From Bugula neritina (lineage: Eukaryota > Animalia > Bryozoa): a stretch of DNA of 64,000 bases. The first letter of the stretch is position 1, and every line of letters starts with the position of its first letter. The notes under the pieces were generated by a model. The model made no database searches and had not been told where the DNA came from. It was given only the letters and a program-made list of their open reading frames with translations. The position numbers were made by a program, and so were the translations under genes. The stretch lies in NCBI GenBank assembly GCA_964035545.1, contig OZ037768.1, forward strand, positions 4,868,741-4,932,740, read 5' to 3'. Shown piece by piece: positions 1 through 12,351 of the stretch.

Positions 1-133
1 ATAATTTGTATTTGCTAGTAGAGTTATAAGCCAAAGCTGCCGTCTCTAAGTATTTGTTTTATAGCTTTATGCAGTTGACTCATTGAAGGTATATATGAGT
101 GTTATCGTACTGCACGTGAAAAATCTTTACTTT

Positions 134-150
134 TCACACTAGGTTTTTAT
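134..150 (+). promoter_or_regulatory. Candidate snRNA proximal sequence element (PSE) for U11; a candidate 3' box GTTAAAATCAGT lies at 338-349
   Basis: TCACACTAGGT lies about 58 bp upstream of the U11 5' end, the position and TCAC start expected for a PSE. Inference only. Confidence 0.4.
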
Positions 151-191
151 AAAAATAATATTTTATAAGTTATTAAGTGAACAGCAGTTCA

Positions 192-316
192 ATAAAAGGG
201 CCTCTGCCGTCAATGGCACATGTTGCTGTCTGTGACATGCGGAATCGTCAGCAAGAGATTTCGGAGGCATAATTTCTGTACCTGGAGGCTGCTGCTGTCC
301 AATGACGCGGTGCCCA
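192..316 (+). ncRNA. RNU11: U11 minor spliceosomal snRNA, nested in a VIRMA intron
   Basis: The sequence AAAAGGGCCTCTGCCGTCAATGGCACA...TGCGGAATCGTCAGCAAGAGATTTCGGAGGCATAATTTCTG aligns by eye with vertebrate U11 (AAAAAGGGCUUCUGUCGUGAGUGGCACA...UGCGGAAUCGACAUCAAGAGAUUUCGGAAGCAUAAUUUUUUG). It has a closing stem GCCTCTG/CGGAGGC, an Sm site AATTTCTG at 271-278 and a 3' stem-loop ending GGTGCCC. Confidence 0.92.
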
Positions 317-592
317 ACATTATCATAATTAATGTCAGTTAAAATCAGTCCAGTCTCAACACCTTAGTGTCCAGGCTGATTTGCCCACCTCTCCTACCTA
401 TATGTTAAGTTGTGTCCTAAATTTATTAAACTTTTAATCTACATACTGTCAGATCATAAATCAAATGTTAGAAATGTGCAAATAACCAGTCACCGACAGT
501 TTCCACCGAAGGTTTTCGTGTATGGCAGTAATACGACCACAACTTCAAGTGATTACTATTTTTAATTATTGTGTCAAATTTTGACTTTGCAG

Positions 593-3500
593 TATGACAA
601 AGAAGATCCTGATGAAAATTCTGCTCAGACTTTGGGGCTGACTTTAGCCTACCATATGCAGGTACTATTTTATATAACATTACACAATTTTGGCTTAGTA
701 AAATCTGGTGACAGATATAAATTTGGTGTGAACTTTACTGTTTGTATGAAATGTATATGGTGTGCATCTATTATTACCAAAGACCAAGCATATTTGCATT
801 GTTAACTGCACATATATTATATTGTGTGATTTTTGCCGGTTACTATCTAAAACAAAACACCATTTAAACAGGCTTTGCAATACGTGGATCAACTCAAAGA
901 AACTGTATCCCAAATGGAAGCTGAAGAAACAGCTATTGTCGGGGAAGAGGCAGGGTTATTGGCAGTTTTACACACCATGTTTGTTCTTACTGTGAACCCG
1001 ATGGGCCGTGACGCTCTGGTCACTGTTCTAGCTATGGACTTGGAACCTCTACTCGGTCTTATAGCTCCAACAGGTACCATGTAATGATGAGTTATTATGT
1101 GTTGTAACTATTTAGATATTTATCCATTGTCTCCATTATTGAAATGATCAATTGTGTTACAAATTAGCAAGCAATCCACGCAGCTACACGAACTTTGCTG
1201 TGAAGGGCATTTTAAATTCACTTACTTGACACAGTTTTGGTCACAGCTTCAAGCATAGCAAGATTGGGTTAGCAGCTTAGTGTTTGCAATTCCAAGAATA
1301 TCAAGTTTACGACTTAGTGTACCTCTAAGATGTAGAATGTGGAGAATTGAACATGCATGTCTGTAGGTAATGATGAGGTAGATGGAAAGATCAGAACAAG
1401 TACAATAGCCAAGTATGTGAATGATTTGGCTCAGTTGGTTGTTATGTACACCACAGATATCTCTATAATACAGTCCCAGATTCCTCGCCTCATCACACTT
1501 ACAACGTTTGGTTGGTATTGCCTTCTCAATGTTATATTTTACTTTGAAATAACTAATCTGCATAATATACAGCTCAATAGCTCTCACTGTTGATTCTTTA
1601 CATTAGAATATAATATCGGTGTGTACATTTTCTGCTAAGTGGAATCAACAATTTATTCTTTAATGGCTTAAAAAGCCTCAGTTTGCAGGAGATTTTTAAG
1701 CACCAAATTATAAACTTACAAAAGTGTATAATTATGCTTTATGAAGTATATTTTAGCTTATATGTGTCTCTCATTCGGGGAAAATGCAAAATTTTGCTTT
1801 GGAATGGATAGATTGCATTTAGCTTTATGCTAGAGTAGTATATAACACATTTAGAATAAAGATCATTAGTTTTTAAAAATTATCATAAATTTTATTTGTA
1901 AGTTTATGGATGCGGTACCGTCTGTTGATTGTACCATATTAATCGCTGGTGACACAATAACCCAATAGTTAATATTATCACATTGCTGTGTGGTTACATG
2001 ATACAATTATTTTACAGAAGACTCTACTAAGACATTTGGACTTCTAATGGAGTGGCTGGAGCCTTTCAAAGATATAGGAAAGTTGGACTACACCTGTGTT
2101 AGTGCCTTGGCCAAGTTATTTCATTCTTACGTTGACCAACTGCCTAAGCTGGAGGTTGGACTGGTGTCCTGCCTGAGGATGATGACTAAATTAGCTGTCA
2201 AACCAAAGTCTTCTGCCCTTCATGCAGGTGATTTGTGTAACTTCTTTGATAACAATGTAGTAGGCATAACTCCACCCTCAGCACAAGTGAACTCCTAGTT
2301 CTGGGGTGACAACTCCGCAAGTTTAAATTTTGTAATGACACATTACACATACCCCAATTTCTTCTAGATAGTTATTATAGTCGGATTCTAAAATATAATT
2401 ATGGTCTCATATGAATGTCATTTGGACTGATGAGAATGTAGTTCAAACTTGTGGAATCATTGCTCAGGCTTTTCATTGAATTTTTGATCAAATTTTGATG
2501 AGTGTGTGCTGACAATATCTATCAATATTCTGGTTTACATACTCGCCATTTATTATTGTAGGGTTTGCTCCTGAGGAGTTGTGTTATCAGACAGCTCTAC
2601 TAGAGCTCTATAAAGAAGATTGTCTGGGAGGGTGGATCAAAATCATAGATGTATGCATTACTATATATATGAGCTGTGTCATTTGTATATACTGTGCCTA
2701 AATTTTGAATATGTACTTTATTGAATTATATCAACTGTTTTGCACCTCAATGCTATTAAAATAATATTGCTAAAAGAATCATATTTATCACCTACGTGGT
2801 TGTAGTCCTGCACGGGGTTGTAGTCCTGCACGGGTAGCTAAAATCATCATATGTTAAAATTTTATTTATTTATGCTACTATTTTTGAGTTTATTTTAAAT
2901 TTATTGCGTTTGTAGAACATCCCTCATCTGTAGCAAAAAATTTGATGAAATCAATTTGCACTATGTGGAAAGGCACATCAGTGCTGGTTGTATCGTATTA
3001 AATGGTTGATTGTTTAACTCAGTTTCACTTTGCATATAGAAACTGAGTAAGAAGCATCTACACTCCTGGCAGAGGGGTGTAGCCCTGCCAACAGCGGACA
3101 AGGATATCTTGCTCTACGTAGTGCAGCCTTCGCTGCTGCTTATCCAGACTCTCTTGTCCCAAGTGATAGAGGCTCGTGGCACAGCCTTTCAGGATACTAG
3201 CGCTCTGGAGCCTCTCTTTAGAACCTTCACTGTATTCTGCAGTTTCCCCATTAACTGCGTGCAGTCTGATATGGCCAATCAGGTGAGCAGGCAGCAGCAG
3301 CATAAGTTATATAGTAAATTGATTGTTGTATGTCTGCAAATGCAGGCTACTGTTAGCTTAGTTTGCACTCCAACTTCTAAATGGTTATCACAGGCTTTAT
3401 GCACTTACAGCTGTTGCAACAGGTTTTACTACCAGTATTTCTTGTGCTTGTAGAGAACGGTAAAAAAAGTTAAAATTCACATAGACTCAATTTATAGTTA

Positions 3501-6500
3501 ACAGAGTCTATGAAAAAGTTTTTTTTGAAATCAACAGCTACTTGTTTTAATATGTTTTAAAGAATCATTGAATTCCTTATAACTGGAAATATTTTACCTT
3601 GTAGATGCAGAAGATGATTATCGACATCTTAGCTCTGTATACACAGCCTGATATAGTTGGCACTGAGTCAGAGATCAATGATGGTAAGTAGGATTATGGG
3701 ATGCGTGTCACCTTGTGTAACTGACTTAGTGTGATAAATCTGTTTAAAAAAAGACACCAAATTAAGTATTTTAGTCGAATGATTGTATTTACAGCTATGT
3801 CAAACAGTCTGTGGACATCAATGGTCAAATCACTACTGAAGTTCACCATTTCACATCCTTGTGAATATCTCAGTGGAACTCTGATCTTTTCTGAGCTCTT
3901 GCCAGTTCCTCTGCCAATACAAGTGAGTTTACTTCTCTTTACTGTGAAGATCTGTTACTTGAAATTTGTTAATGCCTTTAAAATCATATCTGTACACTGT
4001 TTCAAGTTTTGATATTGTCTGAAATATTATTATACTCTTTTTAGCCATAAGGTATTATTTTGCATAGTTTGAACATCATGTTCATTGTTGGATATAGTTG
4101 TGGACAAATCTACTACGTGAATTGAATGTAAAATAATAGTGATTCAAGACTGTGTGTTATTACATATTTGTATCAACTAAAGTAGCTGTATATATATTTT
4201 TAACATTTCATACAGTGCAGAGAAATATTAGAAGAAAATGACGTGAAGGTGAATATTAACCACAGGATGTTGTGGAGCGCTCATCTGCTACCGATAACCG
4301 GTGATCTGGAAACATTTATTGGGAATATAGCAGGTGTGTAGTCATTGCCAGCAGTAGTGGTTACTATTTGACAAGTTTATTTCTATATATAGAACATATT
4401 ATATATAGAAAATAAAGACAAAAATTAAATCCACTTGACTTTTTTAAATTTAAAGTTGCTAATAAAAAGTGATTAATTTATGCTTGTTTCTGTAGATAAT
4501 TGTTACTATAATTGGTTTAGACGCAGCCTACATGTTTAAAGTAATATTTATGAAGTATAATGAAGCTCTTTTCTCATACATCCTCATGATATTTTGTTCA
4601 GGTTCGAGCTGCTTGCATCTGCAACATGCCTTTAGAAGACTCTGTTGGCAGCTGGCTGACCTGAGTCATCACTTCTCCCAGTTTGTCACCCGCAGCTTAC
4701 TCAAGGCATTCATAGAGAACCTGCCTCCACCTGTCAACAGTGTTGTGACTGAGTCTGCACCTGGTGCGTCACTATTGTATTTGTTGTCGGTTCTAACAAC
4801 ACTGTCAAAGTTTTACTGCCTGCTCAGAGCGGTCGGCGTAAAGCTATTTGGGATATTTAATGTTTAGAGAAGTTTCAAATCTGTGAATTTTCCACACAGT
4901 ATTATCCAAGCTTCCCTCTGAGAAGTTTTTACCATATGAATAAATCTTTTTTATACACATCCACCAGCTATATCTACTCAGCTCTATCTGTGTTTGCAGT
5001 AGGAGGTTTAGTTAAAACTTACCACATTATGTTGACCAGTTGCCATATTACAATGTAAATTAAATATTGAAACTTTGACTATCAGAAGTCTACTAAATAC
5101 TCTGCCACAAGTCCTGTAAGTGTGAGCACATTGCTGCTTCAGGTGTCACAGAGTCTAGTGGTGATAAGAAGCAGAAGGTATCTTATGTAGCTGACATCGT
5201 GGCTGCTAATATTATCGGAGTCCTGTCATACCTTGTCCAACAAGCACCTGCTAAAACTGCTCTCCTGCATTCATTGCGTGTCAAGTAAGTTTTCTTTGTC
5301 ATGTAGGACTCCAATAATGAGTTTGATTTAAATGTTTATACTTGTAACATGTTGATCATGTGAAGCATTTCTCTACAATAGCATATAGATCTTTGAATAT
5401 ACTGTTACGAGGTTATTCAAAGTTATGAGGTTCTATTTTCACATAGGCAAGACAACTCTTGTAACTACCAAGAATTGTTTGAGAAAGTATTACTCACTCT
5501 GAATACGGTATCAGAATCAACAATACACAGCCAATGTCAGGAGAATATTGTGGTAAGTGCATTTATTGAACTAATAATATTCCCTCAATAATTTCTTCAT
5601 ACCATGTGGGTATTTGTCTATAATGTGTTTTTGTGGTGGAAAACATTGTGCTTAGTACAAAAAACTTAATTATAGGGTTAGATTCTTCTTCTAATATTCA
5701 AGGTTGCATTACTTTACCTTAATATATTTGGTTTATTTAGTCACTTCTTCAGTCCCTGTGTGACATTGAGCTCTCACTCATAGATGACCTGGACAGTGTA
5801 GACATCAACACTCAGCTAGCCAATGAGCTGCCAGATTCTGATACTCACGAGAGAATAACTCTGGCTTTCATGGAGCATATCGGCAACTATGACCATTGCT
5901 ACACGTCCATATTGATGTCTCTGCGTACTCTGCTCATGTATACTGATTACAACTACACCTTCAGCTGCCTGTCAAGGTCTTTACAGTTTTACTATTCTGT
6001 AGCAGCAGTAGTAGTTGTAGTAGTGGTGGTAGTAGTAGTGGTAGTAGTAGTGGTAGTAGTAGTAGTGGTAGTAATGGTAGTAATGGTAGTGGTAGTAGTA
6101 GTAGTAGTAGTGGTAGTAGCAGTGGTAGTAGTAGTAGTGGAGGAATTTGTTGGAAGAATTACGAGTAAATGTAAATTAGTAGAGTAAATGTGTTATTTTG
6201 CCACACATTTTAGAGCGTTGATGAAAGACTCAAGCTCCCTGTACAACCTGTTCACTAGAATTAACAACACCTTCAGTAAAGACTCCTCTGACTGCATATC
6301 CACTCTCTCTACGGCTCTGCAACTCCTAAGGTTCCTTGTGGAAGTTGATGACAGTCCTGAAGCCCAGAGAACTCTTACTGTGTCTGCCAAAGAATTATCT
6401 GTGGTTTGTTTTTAACCTTCTACCGCCCTGTATGCAGTTATCTTTCCTATACAGCTTTTAGCATGCTAAATAAGTGCATGGTATATTTTGTGCCGAACTG

Positions 6501-9500
6501 CTGTGAGCTCATTGTGAAGGTTTATTTGAATGTTTTTAAACTGCATTTAAGCTAATTATGTCAGTGACTGTTGAGCAAGTATAACATACTGTATTTTAGT
6601 ATGTATTTTGTGCAGATGGTGAATTGGAAAGTTCAGCCACACCCACTAGATGACCTTGAGAAGTTATTAGTCGACCTTGTGGAGGAGTCACTTGAAGGCA
6701 TAGTTGTCAACATCACTAGTATTAACAAGCTTCTCAAGTCAGTAGAGGCAACAACTGCAGGTAAAACATAACTTAGATATGTTGAATACTGCTTTACCTG
6801 TTATCTCGCAATACTATCTTCCAATATTTTGATATCTTAACAAAACTATGTTTGTCGTACATCTTATCAGCAATAGTGTACCTCCAGTGGACAGCAATAT
6901 CACTATCAGATTGCTCAAGCGGATGAATCAATTGAAGACATATATGCCCAAAGTTTACTATAAAAATAAGTTAACTTAATTTTAAATATATGATACATTT
7001 TAGAATCTATGGATACTAATGATGAAAATACCATCACACTGCCCAACCCAATTACAGTCCAAGAACAGTTTTCCAAGAGGTCTATTTTTGTTGAGTGCAA
7101 CGTCGATGAAGTCAAGCATTCAGCAGCCTATTGGTTGACTAATTTAATGGCTGACGACTCCAATATTGATGATACAGATGACAGGTTATTATTATATCGT
7201 ATTCTTACTCTGTAAATCTCCTGTTAATTTATTCTATTTAATTAACTTTATAAACACACATAGGTTTGTGGTTTTTGTGATGATGATTCAACTATGATAA
7301 AAAATATAAACCATCAATAAGAAAGTTTTGTTTTCATAAAATTATAAGCTACAAATATGTCTGCAATAGGTTTTTACCCACTCATCATCTACTAACATAA
7401 TATATAATTTACAAACTTAGTTACTTTATAAATGTAAAGCACCCCTGCGCGCTTAAGAAATGGCCCAGGTATTAATTAAGCTGAAACTAAAAAGTTCTGT
7501 TTAGACTATGGCTTCAAAATCCTTAGCTAAACTTTATATTATATAAAATTTACAAGTCAACTCGGCATGTCAAGCATGTATTGCTGTATTCAAGGATTCA
7601 AGTGGATATCCTTCAACTTTGTGAGCAGTACATCAAAGACTTCAACATTGAAGATGAGTTGAAGAAAACCGACGCTGATCTTGACAATCTTTCTAAAGTA
7701 ACGGTTGTACACTCCAGGTGGGTATTCCTAGACCAGGAGTGCTCAACCTTTTTTGGAAAAAGGCCGTAAAATAACCCTGAGCCACTAAAAAGGCCACTAG
7801 AAAGTTCAGTGTCAATTTCACTGTCAAAACTCTCTATTGATCAAAGCATATTTTCGAATTTGATATGTATTTATTGGTGTCCGATAAAAATGGCACAGGT
7901 AATATATTGGCCGGATAGGAGTCAATCTAGATTTGCTTTTAGCATACTCCATTCGAGAGAAAAAATGTTCACATCAATATGTGCTAGCATTTACGACTCA
8001 CATAGTGATAGTAAACTTGGAAATTGGTGAAAAGCAAAATTCAGAAAGGATTGAAACTGAACTGAATTTTTATTTCTGTTAAAAAACCAAAAGGCCACAT
8101 TTACCAGCTCAAAAGGCCGCCAAAAGTCAAAAGGCCACAGGTTGAGCATGGCTGTCCTAGACTGTAGTGTAATCATTCTGTTGAATGTCTGGTCATCTGC
8201 TATCTGTGTGTATACTCATCAAATTGTAATACTAGGAATTACCTACTTGCTCTAAATCCTAAGTATTTATTAGGCAGATTTATAGGTTGAAAGTTCCAAT
8301 TTCTATTGCAGAAAGAATGAAGTGTTGGCTTTAGGCCAAGCTGGCACCGAGTTTAAAGCACCAATGAGGGGACTCGGTGTGATGAGAAGAGGTCAACAAA
8401 GGGGTCGTGTTTCGGTGCGGGGTGGGCGAGATCATTTCCGAGATCGTGCGCAAAACACTAGCAGACCTCCCAGCATGCATGTTGATGACTTTGTGAAGAT
8501 AGCACATACTCCAAACAACGATAATACTCAAGTAAGTTAAGTTCGCTATTCATTTTCACCCAGTTCTGCAGTCTTCCGCTATAGTATTTTTATTACATTT
8601 GGCAATCATTGATATGGTTTTCTTTTATTGTTTGTGCGCCTGTTCTCTAGAACAACTTTCAACCGAGAGATCGTGGTAGAGGCGGCTTTGACCGGGGACG
8701 GGGTAGAACCAGATTCCCAACTGCACCAGATGGTTTTAGACCAAGTAGGTGTTGTGTTTTAATAGAGATGTGTATTTCCAAAGACTGAATGAAAAAAATG
8801 AATGACATAAAGTACTGGATTTATAATAGTCTAAAAATAGTTTTTTGTGGTAGCCAAAATAGCTTTACATAAGCAAAAAAATACAGAAAATGTGTAGGAT
8901 AGCCAGCATAGCTTTGATGCTACAATTAATAATATAACAAAAATTTTCCATGTTCTTATGTCCCAACAGTAAGTTAATGTCACAAATTCTGAGTGTACAT
9001 ATACCTATAAATAGACTTACCGGGTTTTTCCTAATGATTATACAGGAATGTTCATAAATATTCTAGACTAATCAAAGAGATGGGTCATTGTTCATTGTTA
9101 CTGTTTTGGTTAGTCATGTTAACTACTGCCCAGCAATGTAAACAAGGTATTGCGCAATAATTGCGAAATAACCATGGAAATTCCAATGTTTTGTTTTGTT
9201 TTGATTTTCTATAAATAGTATTGGCATGTGGGGAATGTTTTCTACTAGAATCTTCTATACTGGAATGCTTGAGAATGTTCTAGAGTGTTTTGTTTACTAT
9301 AAATACTGAGGCAGTTGTGTTTACGAATCAGTTCACTCTTATAAGTTCATCTGTGCATATCTTACTGAAGAAATAAAGTCTACTCTATTTACTCTCAACT
9401 GGATTAGCAAGCTGTATGCTACTTGTCTCTATACTTCTGACTACCAGACTTTTCGAACTCGTCACACTGCTACCAACAGTTTTGTGACAGTTAACATTGG

Positions 9501-10607
9501 TCCTACTTTTAACTTTCGATATTTGATGTGTATATATTTTACCTGCATAATGTTGTAGGGAATAAATTTGATTGGTCTAAAATATTTTCACCTTCATTAG
9601 ATTTCCGCGGTGGATTCAGAGGGGGTCGTGGAGGGCCTAGAGGCATGTCTAACCAGCACAGTGGATACTTCTACAATAATCGTGGTGGAGGTGGCAGCGG
9701 TAGTAGATTTGATGAGAATGGTCAAAGGTTTGCAGGTGGAAGAGGTGGAATGTAAGTGTTTGATTTGTTCATTAGCTGCAGAAATACTGGATATTTTTTG
9801 TAACATCTTCCAAATACTGCCTTGCTCAACATATAAATTATGTATTTAAATTTGTATCTACATGCCTGAACACTCTCTATATTTCAACTGTATCAAGATA
9901 TTCTCGGTGTTAATTACATTTCTTAGATAAATACTGAATGTTTTTGTTACCTCTTCCAAATATTCAATTACTTAGCATGTAGTGCATTTATTTTTGTATC
10001 TACATGTCTGATCATGCTGTGAATTTCAACTGTAATAAAGCATTCTACATTTTAATTGCATTTCTTTTGCATATATGTTGTCCTGTTTTATGCATAATTA
10101 GGCCTCAAACTTTTTTAGGTTAAACAATAACATGCGACAAGACCGGAGAAACTTTTTACCACAGAATTCTAGCAGATATGGCAGCAGCAATAATTCACCC
10201 CAGTCCAGCAGAAGGTCATATACATCTAGGTGTAAGTACAAGTACATACTATCAGACTATGAGAACACCAAACATTCGTTAACAGAGGAAACTATTCAGT
10301 TGTTGAATTTATCAATTGTTGGCATCATAAACCAATTCTATGAGCATTCACTTTTATTTATACCCCAACATTAAAAAAACTTTTTAAATACTTTGTTTTA
10401 TTAGTATTAATGTAAATGGATGAGTAAATAAGTATATTTGACAGAACTTTATGGTATATTGAGAGTTATTTCCACCATATAAAATTATTTATAGCTGATA
10501 TGAACCGTGGTCGAGGTGGACCAGCTTTCTACAGTAGCCGAGATAAGGGCCCATCACTGAGCAGGGATAGGGATAGACCCAATCACTACAGATCATATAC
10601 CAAATAA
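593..10607 (+). CDS. VIRMA: Protein virilizer homolog (m6A writer complex subunit), 3' portion, about 22 exons; 5' end lies upstream of the window
   Basis: Exons include LSGTLIFSELLPVPLPIQ, LQHAFRRLCWQLADL, SLLQSLCDIEL and DHFRDRAQNTSRPPSMHVDDFV, then an RGG-rich tail ending HYRSYTK* (TAA 10605-10607). GT-AG boundaries. Confidence 0.93.
5998..6140. repeat. (GTA/GTG)n trinucleotide microsatellite in a VIRMA intron
   Basis: Directly visible; it explains the poly-Val ORF. Confidence 0.95.
7734..8154. mobile_element. Non-autonomous hAT (Charlie-like) MITE, 421 bp
   Basis: TIRs CAGGAGTGCTCAACCT / AGGTTGAGCATGGCTG; perfect 8-bp TSD TCCTAGAC (7726-7733, 8155-8162); AAAAGGCC subterminal repeats at both ends. 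Confidence 0.88.
8978..9489 (+). mobile_element. Solo LTR of an LTR retrotransposon, 512 bp
   Basis: Termini TGTCACAAA...TTTGTGACA (TG..CA, 9-bp inverted); 5-bp TSD GTTAA (8973-8977, 9490-9494); TATAAATA near 9298 and AATAAA near 9372. Confidence 0.85.
9851..10066. repeat. Degenerate ~73-bp direct duplication (9851-9924 / 9993-10066) in a VIRMA intron
   Basis: TTTGTATCTACATG.CTGA...ATTTCAACTGTA...ATTCT...TTAATT.CATTTCTT occurs twice. Confidence 0.75.
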
Positions 10608-10739
10608 TTAAAACATAACACTATCTTCTTGTATATAACCATTCCCAAAAAAAAATTTAAGTACAATATGAAACTGTAATAAATAGATATAATCTATATG
10701 TACACAATCCATTCACTGACAGCTTTCCTTTTAGCTTCT

Positions 10740-12184
10740 TCATCCAAACACTAACTTTAGTGCTATAGTAATTATGTTGAAACCGATCAAAGGAACTGTA
10801 AACAAAATCAAAACATACTTTTGGTAGTCTATGGAATCTAAAACAATGTTAAAGGCAATTGAAGTATCAGGTAAACCTGATGGGCCCATAGGATAATCAC
10901 ACATTCTAGCAGATTGTTTTTAATTTCAACTGAAATTTACATCATTAAGCAATTAAATTTCTCACAAGCGCCAGGTAGCTGTAGCTAACTGACCCAATAG
11001 GCCTATAGGTACAACTGTGAACTAAAATCATATTAAATATAGGTTAATATCTTATAATGGTAATCGGTGTAAGAGAATCACACATACATCTCATGACTGT
11101 TCGTATGGAGTTGACTAAATTGAGTAATTGGCTTTTGACTCCTGGTTCTTCTCCAAACGCGGGTGCGGTGGCTGGACCCACTAAAATAAGCAGTAACATA
11201 ATGGTGATGTGCATAATAACAAACACAATTGATATTTGTCAGACCTAAAGGTAAACCAAAGAACTCAATGGGTGATCAGATTTTAGCTTTCACCAATATC
11301 TGTAAAGTATTTACATTAATTTATATAATAAATTAATGCGAATACTGAAATTGTTTATATTACCTATATCAGTAACAGGGGGAATAAACATAAGTAATAA
11401 AATTATCATCATTACTTATTGAAAAACAGCGAATCCGTAAATCAAAATACAGTACTAATAAACCTTAAATTGTAATTGTTGACTTATTTGATATTTCAGT
11501 CTTGAAGCTAAAATCTGTTTTAATAATATTTAATTTATATCAAGTGTGAGTATTAGTATTCTATAAGGTATAACTATTACTATTAGTAGTAGTATTACTA
11601 TCAGTATCACTGTATCAGTAAGACTAATAGTAATAGTATTACTGTTAAGCTTTGAGAGTTCACTATGATTGCTATTACTATTAGTATTTCATTACAATAA
11701 TTATATTAATTAAATTCAATGTGTGAACACCAACATGATTATCATGATACCGAGGGCGAGTTGATATTACTGTTGGTGTTGCTGTTTCAAGTTCAATCAC
11801 AGTGCCAATGGGCAAAGACTAATGAATTAGAAATATTAATCAAATATTAATATATCTACTTCTAGTCTAAGAGTAAGTCAGACTGAGACTGAAACTCTGT
11901 AAGTGCTACAGTTAGCGTTACACAAATAATAACTGACTATGTCTAACGAGTAACAGTAAGACTAAGTACTAACATTAATTCTAAATGACTCAGTGTGAGT
12001 AACTGTAAGACCTGTTAGTGCTACTTGTTACTTGTTAGGCTGTTGCCTGTTACTGTTAGTGTTAGTGTTACACTCACTGTTACTTTAACTTACATTTAGC
12101 TAAAAATCTTTTTTCATGAAGAACACACACTGCGTTTAAACATAATAATATTGCTTCCAATAAAGAATAGAGACCAAATGCCAT
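10740..12184 (-). CDS. IER3IP1: Immediate early response 3-interacting protein 1 (Yos1 family), 3 exons
   Basis: MAFGLYSLLEAILLCLNAVCVLHEKRFLAK / LGPATAPAFGEEPGVKSQLLNLVNSIRTVMR / FPLIGFNIITIALKLVFG*; closely matches human IER3IP1 and the phases are consistent. Confidence 0.96.
11540..12090. repeat. Degenerate 6-bp-periodic tract, IER3IP1 intron 1
   Basis: For example GTTACTGTTAGTGTTAGTGTTACACTCACTGTTACT and ACTATTACTATTAGTAGTAGTATTACTATCAGTATCACT. Confidence 0.75.
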
Positions 12185-12343
12185 AGTTATAGTAATCACT
12201 TATTTCAGATAATTTCAGATGTTAAATCTCCAATTTAGCTATGCAATTACAAATTTTAGGAAGGTCACTGCCAAAAGGTTTTCAGCCTTCTCTGGGTTTT
12301 TACGTGTACCGTTCACTTATCTCTAGATTAAATTATTATATTG

Positions 12344-12351
12344 TATCGATA
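12344..12351. promoter_or_regulatory. DRE-like motif TATCGATA upstream of IER3IP1
   Basis: Exact DRE palindrome about 160 bp upstream of the ATG; function inferred. Confidence 0.35.

Noticed and set aside
2427-2512. C/D snoRNA-like boxes (CTGATGA, TTGATGA, CTGA) in a VIRMA intron
   Set aside because: Imperfect C box, no terminal stem, no recognisable rRNA guide.
5870-6187. Poly-valine ORF
   Set aside because: Read-through from a VIRMA exon into an intronic GTA microsatellite.
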